In this document: piece after piece, positions 1 to 8,397 of the stretch
How positions within the stretch are numbered: the first letter of the stretch is position 1
How the letters are laid out: every line of letters starts with the position of its first letter
Assembly: GCA_964611355.1 (NCBI GenBank)
Contig: CAZSYD010000022.1
Span: 1-37,502, forward strand
DNA from: an uncultured Ignavibacteriales bacterium
GTDB lineage: Bacteria > Zixibacteria > MSB-5A5 > GN15 > JAAZOE01
Reading direction: 5' to 3'
DNA length: 37,502 nucleotides
The notes under the pieces: generated by a model
Databases searched by the model: none
What the model was told of the DNA's origin: nothing
What the model saw: only the letters and a program-made list of their open reading frames with translations
Translations under genes and position numbers: made by a program

Positions 1-9
1 GATTGCGGA

Positions 10-33
10 TGCTTCATAGTGCTTCAGCACCTG
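10..33 (-). repeat. 24-bp element, copy 1 (CAGGTGCTGAAGCACTATGAAGCA on the minus strand); inverted copy of 2645-2668
   Basis: The reverse complement of 10-33 matches 2645-2668 at 23/24 positions; the flanks do not match. Confidence 0.9.
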
Positions 34-79
34 TAAAATAGGGTCTATTGCGGGACGTTTTTTCGGGGGAAGCCAAAGA

Positions 80-108
80 AGTATCTTTGCTTTTTTCTTT
101 AAGATCAA
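80..108 (-). promoter_or_regulatory. Putative sigma70-type promoter firing leftwards out of the window
   Basis: Minus strand TTGATC-17 nt-GATACT. Confidence 0.45.
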
Positions 109-135
109 TTAGCCTTTGCATATTAACAAATTTTG

Positions 136-534
136 CTAATGTAACCCTTTGCAATATGTTATAAATCTTTCGATATCTTCAGAGCTTGTGATGATTTTTT
201 CAAATAATCTCTGGCCGTCGACGATTTTTCGTTGCCAAGATGAGTGCGGTCTTCTTCTGGCTCGGGCGCGGATCCCCGTTCTTTTTAATGGAATGATCAT
301 CGCGTAGACATCAAAACGATCTGCGATGATTTGCCCTTTGAGTTTAATATGAAATCCATATGGTGAATATCCACCTACTGGCAGAATTTCAAGATCAGAG
401 CGGTCAGTTACAACTTGATCCATTAAGTCGTTTAAGGTTGTTAAATATTCAGGCTTTAATTTCATTATTTCGCCTCTGAGATTTATAACTTTGTCTGACG
501 GATTTGAAAGAGATTTGAACCATTCGCCTATCAT
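136..534 (-). CDS. Hypothetical protein (132 aa), second gene of the minus-strand accessory unit
   Basis: Strong SD (GGGAGG) between the upstream stop at 546-548 and its ATG; AT-rich; no family recognised. Confidence 0.7.
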   Translation of the reverse strand: MIGEWFKSLSNPSDKVINLRGEIMKLKPEYLTTLNDLMDQVVTDRSDLEILPVGGYSPYGFHIKLKGQIIADRFDVYAMIIPLKRTGIRARARRRPHSSWQRKIVDGQRLFEKIITSSEDIERFITYCKGLH

Positions 535-545
535 TTTTTCCTCCC

Positions 546-2252
546 TTAATTGCTGTCCCTTTTATGACGCCACCAAAGTCTATCACTTGCTCCTATTTCT
601 AAGCATAGTTCCTCAAGCGAATCTGCCAATGGATTAGTAGTCGCAAGAAAAACTTCTCGTGCGCTTGGTGTACCAGAAATTTGTAGTCTGGTTAAAATCT
701 CCGAAAAACTACTATCAGAAAAGCCATGGGCGATACCCGTTTTTGAACGTACCATCTGAAGTAATCGTAGAGAATTGATAAGTTTATCAACTTTCTCAAT
801 GTCAATCCCTGGAAATTCCTTTAACCATACTTGCAGTAAAGAGATAGATGATAGTCTTTTGCCATCGCTATCTTTTGTTTTATCAGTAGGAAGATCTTTC
901 TGAAAAGCCGAGGTATCCAAATATTCAATAAAAATCGTAGTAAGATTTAAAATACATTCTCTGAATTCCGGAAACTCGTTGAGCAAAGGTTCCCGCAGGG
1001 CCTTCTCCAAATGACGATGTGGCCCCTTGTACGGTCGGTAAACAGTGAGCCCCTTTTCTTTAAATGCCTTGGCCAACTGCTCTCTGCCGCGAATCAACCT
1101 TTCTTCTAGGCTGGCCTCGGTTGCAAACTTACCGTGCAATTGCGAGTTCACAAACGATTTCGATGGCGTTCCCCTTGGTTGTACATTATTAGCATGCCAG
1201 TGAGCGACATCTTCGGGGGGCATAAAACTCTTGGCTATATCACCTAACCAGCAGAAAACTAGACCCTCGTCACTTAAACCAATGGGCATCCTCCAACCAT
1301 GAATGTCGGAAACGGAGCCATATCCAGGTGATCCGAAACCGACCGAGTATTTAGATGGCTCATCATAGTATTTTTTTAGGACTTTTGGGCTAAAGTAAAC
1401 AAATGGTTGCAATTTGTCTCGATTTGGAACTTTCTTTACAAGTGTTCCATCAACCTTTCTTTCCACAATGAACTCTGGATAGTCGATTGATCTTAGTCCA
1501 TTATGCGCATGACATCCTATAGATCCAGCGCGTTTTGCAGGAGTCACTACATCTTTGCATGTCAGCCTGCTGAAAGGGAGAACTCCAAGAGTTTGTGTAT
1601 TGCAAAAATTAATCCGATAGCAGCCCCATTTAGTATTAACAATACCATTCGATCCGCCACGTTCAGGCAACTCTTTGCTGGGAGTATTCCAGTGCCGTCT
1701 GTGGTCGTGCTGTCGAATTAAAACCATCCCGAGTGCTGCGAGATAATCTTGCAGATAATCCGTTCGCATTTCCACCGGCCCTAAAGTTGCAGGGACGGCA
1801 ATACGAACAATAGTTTCGCCCGTGCGGGGATCTACAAGCTGGCCATTCTGATCGTACCTTAGGTCGAAGTAATCCTCGAATGAATGACATAATCGCCAAG
1901 ATGATGGGAAATCATATAGTCCAGGTTTCTGAACTACGAATGACCTTTCCTCATCAGTGCTTGGGTTAAATTCCGCTTCAACTCCCGAATCTGTGGAATT
2001 GATTAGCAGAAACTGGTCCTCATAATGAACGGACCATGTATCGCCAGCCATTACCTTCCGTAGAATTTCTTCGTCGTATTTTGCAAGATAAGATAAAGTT
2101 CCATATGTTTCTGTGAAATCCTCCTTCCCGATGTGATCGAAGCCATCAGCTTGAGCGATAATTGTCCAATCACTACATTTACCAGCAAATCGTCGTAACC
2201 AATCCTCCCACTTAATCCACTCAGTAGATCCTGGAACAGTCTTGTAAGCCAT
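546..2252 (-). CDS. Hypothetical 568-aa protein with a putative C-terminal HEPN-like domain (candidate defence RNase)
   Basis: Long ORF with SD GAGGGAAG. The helical C-terminal region carries RSKTGIAH (Rx6H, nt 726-749). More AT-rich than the flagellar genes. The CDS is secure; the function is inferred. Confidence 0.8.
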   Translation of the reverse strand: MAYKTVPGSTEWIKWEDWLRRFAGKCSDWTIIAQADGFDHIGKEDFTETYGTLSYLAKYDEEILRKVMAGDTWSVHYEDQFLLINSTDSGVEAEFNPSTDEERSFVVQKPGLYDFPSSWRLCHSFEDYFDLRYDQNGQLVDPRTGETIVRIAVPATLGPVEMRTDYLQDYLAALGMVLIRQHDHRRHWNTPSKELPERGGSNGIVNTKWGCYRINFCNTQTLGVLPFSRLTCKDVVTPAKRAGSIGCHAHNGLRSIDYPEFIVERKVDGTLVKKVPNRDKLQPFVYFSPKVLKKYYDEPSKYSVGFGSPGYGSVSDIHGWRMPIGLSDEGLVFCWLGDIAKSFMPPEDVAHWHANNVQPRGTPSKSFVNSQLHGKFATEASLEERLIRGREQLAKAFKEKGLTVYRPYKGPHRHLEKALREPLLNEFPEFRECILNLTTIFIEYLDTSAFQKDLPTDKTKDSDGKRLSSISLLQVWLKEFPGIDIEKVDKLINSLRLLQMVRSKTGIAHGFSDSSFSEILTRLQISGTPSAREVFLATTNPLADSLEELCLEIGASDRLWWRHKRDSN

Positions 2253-2286
2253 TATGGACTTCCCTCGAAAAAACGGACACGGATTA

Positions 2287-2316
2287 AAGATAGGGTAGCC
2301 GCGAATTTGAAGTCAA
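2287..2316 (-). promoter_or_regulatory. Putative sigma70-type promoter for the 568-aa/132-aa unit
   Basis: Minus strand TTGACT-18 nt-TATCTT, about 35 nt before the ATG at 2252. Confidence 0.45.
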
Positions 2317-2440
2317 GGGGACTTTTATATCCCAGGCTCGAACGACGACGGCTGCGGTTATAGCTTAATATAATCCATTGTCAGGTTTTTCGTCTTCGGT
2401 TTCACTCGGACTCATAACGCGACCCACTTCTGTCATTCGG

Positions 2441-2477
2441 TAGAAATTTGTTCCGTTAACAAAGGGATAATTTTTCC
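2441..2477 (+). promoter_or_regulatory. Tandem candidate enhancer-binding-protein boxes upstream of sigma54 promoter 1
   Basis: TAGAAAtttgTTCC (2441-2454) and GGGATAATTTTTCC (2464-2477); a matching pair lies at 12355-12390. Confidence 0.45.
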
Positions 2478-2520
2478 CGAAGCAGCCGTTTGCGACGCAC
2501 GCATGTTTTTCGCAGCGCTT

Positions 2521-2551
2521 TTGTAATCACAAACCATTCAATAGATTACAA
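2521..2551 (+). promoter_or_regulatory. IHF-like site within an 8-bp inverted repeat
   Basis: ATTCAATAGATTA (2536-2548) differs by one base from WATCAAN4TTR; TTGTAATC...GATTACAA inverted repeat; lies between the boxes and the -24/-12 element. Confidence 0.45.
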
Positions 2552-2566
2552 TCGCATTAGCATCTT

Positions 2567-2582
2567 CGGCACAGGGGTTGCT
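2567..2582 (+). promoter_or_regulatory. Sigma54 (-24/-12) promoter of the flagellar operon
   Basis: CGGCACAGGGGTTGCT with exact GG-N10-GC spacing, matching YGGCAC-N5-TTGCW. Confidence 0.8.
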
Positions 2583-2644
2583 CAAAGGTGAGCCGGAGAA
2601 AAAGTATGTGCTCTATCCTGAACGTTCCTTCCTGAGTCAGGACG

Positions 2645-2668
2645 CAGGTGCTGAAGCACTGTGAAGCA
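2645..2668 (+). repeat. 24-bp element, copy 2 (CAGGTGCTGAAGCACTGTGAAGCA), in the flagellar operon leader
   Basis: 23/24 identity to the reverse complement of 10-33; lies between the sigma54 promoter and the first ATG (2695). Confidence 0.9.
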
Positions 2669-2694
2669 AAGGACAGGGTGGACGAGGTGTTGGT

Positions 2695-3429
2695 ATGCCT
2701 GATGAGAAAGAAAAAAAGGAAGAAACAGCGAGCGAGAAGCCGCAGAAGCCGGCTTCCAAATTAAAAAGCCCGCTGTTTTTAATCATTATCGGCGTGGTCG
2801 TTTTTGTCGCGGCCATCGGAGTATTTACCCTGACCATGGGCGTTTTTTCATCCCCGCCGACGGCCGATGAGGGATCGGATGCGGCCACAGAGCAGCAAGA
2901 AGCCGCCAAAACCGAGGCTTCCGATGACGGTCAGGAAGGTGATGACTCGACTGAAATGGAAAAACTCGAGAAAGAGTTGTTTCAAATAGAGGATGTCAGC
3001 GAGGCTGATGACCTGGATGATTTACTGGCCCTGGTGGAAGAAGAGGAAAAAAGCGAAAAGCCGGGGATGTCGAAAGAAGATTCGATCGAGGCGGTTAAAT
3101 GGCTGGATGAGGAGAAGGCCAAATTGGCCGATGAGCGCTCTGAACTGGAGGCGTTGAAAAAGGGTCTGGACAGGCAGGAATACCGCCTTAAACAGTTGAT
3201 CGCCAAAACGAGCCAGATTGAATCGGCGCGAATCAATTCACTGGCAAAGCTTTATAACGGCATGAAGGCCGCGCAGGTAGCACCGCTGATTACCAAACTT
3301 ACGGAAGAACAGGCAGTCGAGATACTGCTGAAGATGAAACCGGCCAATGCGGCCAAGCTTCTGGGCTCTTTGAGTCCTGATCGCGCGGCCCGCATTTCGG
3401 CCAGAATGATAACCTTAAGCGAGGAGTAA
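2695..3429 (+). CDS. MotE/YlxF-family flagellar protein (TM helix, acidic linker, coiled coil, MgtE_N-like C-terminal repeats)
   Basis: LAKLYNGMKAAQVAPLI...ILLKMKPANAAKLL repeats; sits directly before fliK, as ylxF does. Confidence 0.8.
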   Translation: MPDEKEKKEETASEKPQKPASKLKSPLFLIIIGVVVFVAAIGVFTLTMGVFSSPPTADEGSDAATEQQEAAKTEASDDGQEGDDSTEMEKLEKELFQIEDVSEADDLDDLLALVEEEEKSEKPGMSKEDSIEAVKWLDEEKAKLADERSELEALKKGLDRQEYRLKQLIAKTSQIESARINSLAKLYNGMKAAQVAPLITKLTEEQAVEILLKMKPANAAKLLGSLSPDRAARISARMITLSEE

Positions 3430-3481
3430 TGTATGAAACGATTACGGCCACCCGGACGGACAAGCTCTTCGGGAGGGGCCT

Positions 3482-4984
3482 ATGCATAGCGGAATGATGG
3501 GCCGGGCCTGCTATCCGATCGATATGGCGATTGGTTTGGGCAGCCGGTCGTCGGCTAAGAAGGCGGGCGGATCCGACGGATTCGATACGCTGATGAGCCT
3601 GTTTCCGCAGATGGCGTCTCCGGAAAGCGGGTCTGTGCCGGGTTTAGTTCCGGGGAAAACGCCTGGGGCGTTCGCCGAAACCGGGATGGCGGGGGATACG
3701 CAGCTTATGCTGCCAAATTCTCTGGCCCGGCTGCTCGGATTGAACGCCTTGTTTCCTTCGGAACCAACAAAAGGGATGTTTCCATCCGAAGCCTCGGAAG
3801 CGATGCTGTTCGGCAAAGCTGACCTTCTGGCGGCCGATGACGGAAACGATCAGACCCTTTATCTGAGAATCGCCCCCGACGGCGAAGGAGCTTTTCCCGA
3901 TTCGAAACAGGTTGAGGGCGAGGCTCAGGAAATGATACTGCCGATGCGCCTTCGGACGGTCGAACAGTGCGGCAACCGGATTTTGGCCGATGCCGAACTG
4001 TTGACAGCGACCGGGAAGGAGATACCGATCCGGCTGAAATTGGAGTTGGCCGGTGTTCAGGCAGATGGTTTGGATCGGGGAGAGGGCTCGCTGACGGATG
4101 TTGAGGCCAATTCACCCGCCGGTAAGATCAATCTGCCCCGGATGTTGAGCGAGCTTGGCGTTAAACTGCTGGTGATCGAAAACGCCGGAGAAACTTCCGG
4201 GCAGACCTCACGGGCGGTTTTTCCCGGGACGCCTGCTTTGAACCGGAATATCCCAGGTCTAAAAAACCAGTGGGTTCAACTTGCCGGGTTTTCTGGTTCG
4301 GAAACCGGTCAGACTGCCGGGAGCGCCGATGCCGATCCGGCGTCGATGACGGGCGGAGACGGTTATGGTCAGAGGGCGGATTTTTCCGACGGCAATCCTG
4401 CCGTATTCCAGCAGTTGGCTAAAAACGCCGGCGGCCGGGAAATGTCGGTTACACCTTCCCAATCCGGTATTGACAATGGCGTGTCGGTTTTGACGTCAAT
4501 GGTCGAGCCGGGTATAGCCACGCCTCAGCCGGAGACAACCGAACATTCGGCTCCGGTACGGTTTTATGATCTGGACAGCAAGCTCGATCAGCTTAAGCGA
4601 AATCCCGGTCAGACAATCCGCGTCCAACTGGTGCCGGCCAAACTGGGGAAGATGGATCTTTCTATCATTTCCCACCGCGGCCTGGTGACGGTCAAGTTGA
4701 CGCTCGATTCGCAGGCGGCAAAGCAGGCGGTTGAGAAAAACCTGTTCCAGTTGGAAAACCGACTGACCGCTTCCGGTATCAGGGTGGACAACTTCCAGAT
4801 TTCCGTGGATCAGTCGTCTAAAGACGAGCAGTTCGCCGGTCATTATTATTCCCGTCAGCAGGGCGGGTATGATAATCCTCATTCGGGGGATAACCGACGG
4901 CATATGTTCGACCAAAGGCGGATGAACCAATTTAATCCGGCCGGGGCGAGATTCGACCAGGTTATGGTGAACTGCCTGGCGTGA
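3482..4984 (+). CDS. fliK: Flagellar hook-length control protein
   Basis: Low-complexity N-terminus and C-terminal IRVQLVPAKLGKMDL...LENRLTASGIRVDNFQISV; directly upstream of flgD. Confidence 0.85.
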   Translation: MHSGMMGRACYPIDMAIGLGSRSSAKKAGGSDGFDTLMSLFPQMASPESGSVPGLVPGKTPGAFAETGMAGDTQLMLPNSLARLLGLNALFPSEPTKGMFPSEASEAMLFGKADLLAADDGNDQTLYLRIAPDGEGAFPDSKQVEGEAQEMILPMRLRTVEQCGNRILADAELLTATGKEIPIRLKLELAGVQADGLDRGEGSLTDVEANSPAGKINLPRMLSELGVKLLVIENAGETSGQTSRAVFPGTPALNRNIPGLKNQWVQLAGFSGSETGQTAGSADADPASMTGGDGYGQRADFSDGNPAVFQQLAKNAGGREMSVTPSQSGIDNGVSVLTSMVEPGIATPQPETTEHSAPVRFYDLDSKLDQLKRNPGQTIRVQLVPAKLGKMDLSIISHRGLVTVKLTLDSQAAKQAVEKNLFQLENRLTASGIRVDNFQISVDQSSKDEQFAGHYYSRQQGGYDNPHSGDNRRHMFDQRRMNQFNPAGARFDQVMVNCLA

Positions 4985-4997
4985 AGGAGAAAACATA

Positions 4998-5675
4998 ATG
5001 GGAATAGACAATATAAACTTCGTGTCTTCGACCGGTTCCGAGCAATCGGTCCAGGCGAATAAGAAGGTTCTTGATAAGGATGATTTCCTGAAGTTGTTGG
5101 TGGCCAAACTATCCAATCAGGACCCGATGAATCCGATTGACGACGAGGATTTTATCGCTCAACTGGCCCAGTTCTCTTCGCTGGAGCAGATGGAGAATAT
5201 GAACAGCAACCTGACTGAGGATCTGCAGTGGAACTACCTGCTGTCGCAGACCATCTCCAATACGATGTCCACGTCGCTGATCGGCCGCACGGTCAGAGCC
5301 GATTCGTCGCAGGTTTATCTGAAAACCGGCGGCTCGACCGATATCAACCTTACCCTTCAGGAGCCGGCCAGTGAAGTCACGATTACCATTCGTGACGAAA
5401 ACGGCCAGGATGTCAGGACAATCACCAGCGAGAACTCCGACCGGGGTAACATGGTCATCGAATGGGACGGTTTAACTGACGACGGCGTCCAGGCGGCATC
5501 CGGTTTTTATACGGTAAGCGCTGAGGCGGTTGACATCAACGGCAACGACTTCAATCCGGGCCTGTACGTGGAGGGCAGGGTCAAGGGAGTAACCTATAAC
5601 GACGGTATCGCCTACTTGAGTATCGAAGGTCAGGACGTTCCTCTGGCGTCGGTGCTGGAGGTGAAAGAGGGTTAG
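4998..5675 (+). CDS. flgD: Flagellar hook capping protein
   Basis: LDKDDFLKLLVAKLSNQDPMNP...FIAQLAQFSSLEQM signature plus an Ig-like C-terminal domain. Confidence 0.95.
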   Translation: MGIDNINFVSSTGSEQSVQANKKVLDKDDFLKLLVAKLSNQDPMNPIDDEDFIAQLAQFSSLEQMENMNSNLTEDLQWNYLLSQTISNTMSTSLIGRTVRADSSQVYLKTGGSTDINLTLQEPASEVTITIRDENGQDVRTITSENSDRGNMVIEWDGLTDDGVQAASGFYTVSAEAVDINGNDFNPGLYVEGRVKGVTYNDGIAYLSIEGQDVPLASVLEVKEG

Positions 5676-5677
5676 CG

Positions 5678-6079
5678 ATGCTGAAGATATCGGCATATCA
5701 GGACGTCAATCTGCCCGAAAGGGTCGGAAAACCGGCTGCAGGGCTGCAGAAGGCTCGCCGGCAAGGCAAAACTGATCGTGAGGTGAATTTCAAGTCTGCT
5801 CTTGATCAGCAGTTGCAAAAAGGCGGTGATGTGAAATTCTCGGCCCACGCCCGGGCGCGCCTCTATTCACGAGGTGTACGGCTGGATGAGGCTCGGTTGG
5901 AAGCCATTTCTCACGCGATTGACCGGGCTGAAGCCAAGGGGGCCAGGGAATCGCTGATTCTTGGGGAGGAGGCGGCTTATGTGGTGTCGGTAAAAAATCG
6001 CACCGTCATTACCGCCTTTGACCGTGATAACCTGCGCGACGGAGTGTTTACCGCTATCGACAGCGCAGTGATTTTGTGA
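5678..6079 (+). CDS. Flagellar operon protein, TIGR02530 type
   Basis: VKFSAHARARL..RG...AEAKGARESLIL...VVSVKNRTVITA...VFTAIDSAVI; typical position between flgD and flgE. Confidence 0.85.
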   Translation: MLKISAYQDVNLPERVGKPAAGLQKARRQGKTDREVNFKSALDQQLQKGGDVKFSAHARARLYSRGVRLDEARLEAISHAIDRAEAKGARESLILGEEAAYVVSVKNRTVITAFDRDNLRDGVFTAIDSAVIL

Positions 6080-6124
6080 ACGATGATGAAGGATAATTAG
6101 AATGGAAACCCGAAAGAGTGCGAA

Positions 6125-6154
6125 CGGCTGGACTCCGCTGAGGCGGAGGGGCCG
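6125..6154 (+). promoter_or_regulatory. RNA hairpin in the flgE leader
   Basis: CGGCT-GGA-CTCCGC-TGAG-GCGGAG-G-GGCCG, ending 11 nt before the AGGAGG SD; no U tract, so not a terminator. Confidence 0.5.
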
Positions 6155-6181
6155 GAAATCGCGTCAGGAGGATATACTCTT

Positions 6182-8155
6182 ATGATGAGTTCACTTTTCG
6201 CAGGAGTTTCCGGCCTGCGTAACCATCAGGTGAAAATGAACGTGATCGGTAATAATATCGCCAACATTAACACCGTTGGCTTTAAGGGAGGCCGGGTTAC
6301 CTTTCAAGAAGCCCTGGTGCAGACCCTGAAAGGCGCCGGCCGACCTTCGGCAATCTCAGGCGGTACCAACCCGCTTCAGATCGGTCTGGGCATGACGGTC
6401 TCCGCCATTGATACGCTCTTTACGCAGGGAGGTTTGGAAACCACCGGTCAGATTACCGATCTGGCTATTCAGGGTTCCGGCTTCTTTGTTCTCTCCGACG
6501 GTCACGGAGAATTTTACACTCGCGCCGGAGCTTTCGGATTCGACGCCGAAAGCTATCTGGTCGATCCGGGCAGCGGTTATATGGTGCAGGGCAAAATGGC
6601 TGATGAAGACGGCAATATCCCGGCGGTATCCACCATTGGCGATATCCGTCTCCCGTTTGGCCAGCAGGACCCGGCCAATGCCACGACGACTATCAGCCTT
6701 GCCAATAATCTTGACAGCTCCGCCACCCTTTCCAAGGCTACCCTGACGAATCCGGGAACTACCGGCATTGATCAGGTGACCGGAACTGCCGTTGACGGCG
6801 CCGGGGGCACGCACGATGTTGAGATTAACGCAAACGGAGGCAACGGCCAGGCAGTAATGGCAATTTATGATACGGGAACCAACCAGTACGGCTCCATGGT
6901 CGAATTTACCACCTTTGGCCAAATGGGGGTTGATGATTTTACAGGATTTACCATCACGGTTGACAACACGACTACGACGGATATTGCGGGTCTTACCGCC
7001 GATACGACCATCAGGGACCTTGTTACCACAATCAACGAAATCGCCGGCGTAAATTGCCGTCTGGATTATACTAACCCGGCCAACCTGGAGATTATTATCG
7101 AAAGGTCCAAAGCCGGATCTTCCGCTCGTTATGAAGTGGAGACTTCGGTCGGCACGGCCACCGACGCCACGCACGGCAATATTGTCAACCGTCTTTTTGG
7201 GATAGACGGCGCTTCGGCGGTTACGACCGGGGGGCTGGATCATACCTTCACGGCAACCGATATTTTTACGCCATACGGCAAGTCTGCCGAGGCGGCCAGG
7301 CAGCTTGAAATAGTCGTCAATGAAACAACCGGAATGGCTGAGGGGGTGGCCGGTCTCGGCACTGACGGAGTGACCATCAAGGCTTCTCAGGGCTTGAGCG
7401 AGGGCCTCAGATCTGCCGGTAATCAAATGATAGTCGAGACCGATTCGACCCAGCATTCAACGTCAATCGTGGCTTATGATTCCCAGGGCGGCAGACATAC
7501 GGTGATTACGACCTTTACCAAGACCACCACTGACAATCTGTGGGATTGGGAAGTAACCCTTCCGGATCAGGAAACCATTCTTGAAGGCGGTTCCGGTCAG
7601 GTCAGATTTAATCCCGACGGTTCCCTGCTTGCATTTTCGTTCAACGGCGGTGCGACGTCGCTTCGGTTTGATCCGGGCAATGGCTCCGAAACTGTCGATA
7701 TCTCCCTCAATTCCGGTGATACCGCCTCGTTTAGTGGTCTGACCGGATTTGCTTCGCCCTTTACGGCGTCAGCTATCTACCAGGATGGTTACGCCATGGG
7801 AATCCTGGAAAATATCGCTATTGACAGTTCAGGGACCATTACCGGGATTTTCAGCAATGGTCTGTCGCGGACGCTGGCCCAGATAAGCGTCGCCGATTTC
7901 AACAACAAGGGCGGTTTGCGCCGGATCGGACGTAGTCTTTATTCGGTGTCGGCCAACTCCGGGATGGCGGTTCACGGCATCGCCGGAGAAACGGTCGCCG
8001 GGACGATCAGTTCCGGAGCACTGGAATCTTCAAATATCGACATCGCTCAGGAATTTACCAACATGATTACCGCCCAGAGAGGATTCCAGGCCAATGCCCG
8101 AATAATCACCACTTCCGACAGCATGCTGGATGAACTGGTTAATTTGAAACGATAG
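6182..8155 (+). CDS. flgE: Flagellar hook protein, long form with inserted outer domains (657 aa)
   Basis: N-terminal SLFAGVSGL...IGNNIANINTVGFK, FYTRAGAF, and C-terminal LESSNIDIAQEFTNMITAQRGFQANAR. Confidence 0.95.
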   Translation: MMSSLFAGVSGLRNHQVKMNVIGNNIANINTVGFKGGRVTFQEALVQTLKGAGRPSAISGGTNPLQIGLGMTVSAIDTLFTQGGLETTGQITDLAIQGSGFFVLSDGHGEFYTRAGAFGFDAESYLVDPGSGYMVQGKMADEDGNIPAVSTIGDIRLPFGQQDPANATTTISLANNLDSSATLSKATLTNPGTTGIDQVTGTAVDGAGGTHDVEINANGGNGQAVMAIYDTGTNQYGSMVEFTTFGQMGVDDFTGFTITVDNTTTTDIAGLTADTTIRDLVTTINEIAGVNCRLDYTNPANLEIIIERSKAGSSARYEVETSVGTATDATHGNIVNRLFGIDGASAVTTGGLDHTFTATDIFTPYGKSAEAARQLEIVVNETTGMAEGVAGLGTDGVTIKASQGLSEGLRSAGNQMIVETDSTQHSTSIVAYDSQGGRHTVITTFTKTTTDNLWDWEVTLPDQETILEGGSGQVRFNPDGSLLAFSFNGGATSLRFDPGNGSETVDISLNSGDTASFSGLTGFASPFTASAIYQDGYAMGILENIAIDSSGTITGIFSNGLSRTLAQISVADFNNKGGLRRIGRSLYSVSANSGMAVHGIAGETVAGTISSGALESSNIDIAQEFTNMITAQRGFQANARIITTSDSMLDELVNLKR

Positions 8156-8166
8156 GGATTTTAGCC

Positions 8167-8397
8167 ATGATTAAGGTGAAAAGACTAAATGGAAATGAAC
8201 TGGTCATCAACGCCGATTTGATCGAGTTTGTCGAAGCTTTGCCGGATACCATCATCTCGTTGGTAACCGGCAAGAAGATAATGATTCGGGAATCGGCTGA
8301 TGAAGTAATCCAAAAAGTGGCTGAATTCAAACGGCTTTCTTCGGGGGTTTTTACCCCGAAGAAAGCCATCCATATGCAGGGAGATAAAAATGGCTGA
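8167..8397 (+). CDS. flbD: Flagellar FlbD/SwrD family protein
   Basis: MIKVKRLNG..LVINADLIEFVEALPDTIISLVTGKK signature. Confidence 0.92.
   Translation: MIKVKRLNGNELVINADLIEFVEALPDTIISLVTGKKIMIRESADEVIQKVAEFKRLSSGVFTPKKAIHMQGDKNG

Noticed and set aside
10..2668. IS or transposon bounded by the 24-bp inverted repeats
   Set aside because: No transposase or recombinase motif in the enclosed ORFs, no target-site duplication visible, and the segment contains the host flagellar promoter.
6095..6160. c-di-GMP-I (GEMM) riboswitch upstream of flgE, suggested by GGAAACCCGAAAG
   Set aside because: The P2 stem around GAAA does not pair, and the GCAAA...GACGCAAAGC core is missing. Only the separate hairpin at 6125-6154 is supported.
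6650..6720. Spirochaete-type lysinoalanine cross-link site in FlgE
   Set aside because: The equivalent segment reads GQQDPANATTTISLANNLD, with no Cys before NLD and no Lys at the expected place (comparison from memory).
6356..7456. Long antisense ORFs (366 aa here; also 15267-16175, 18516-19232, 31693-32508 and others)
   Set aside because: They lie opposite well-recognised genes, show no motifs, and are expected shadow ORFs at this GC content.
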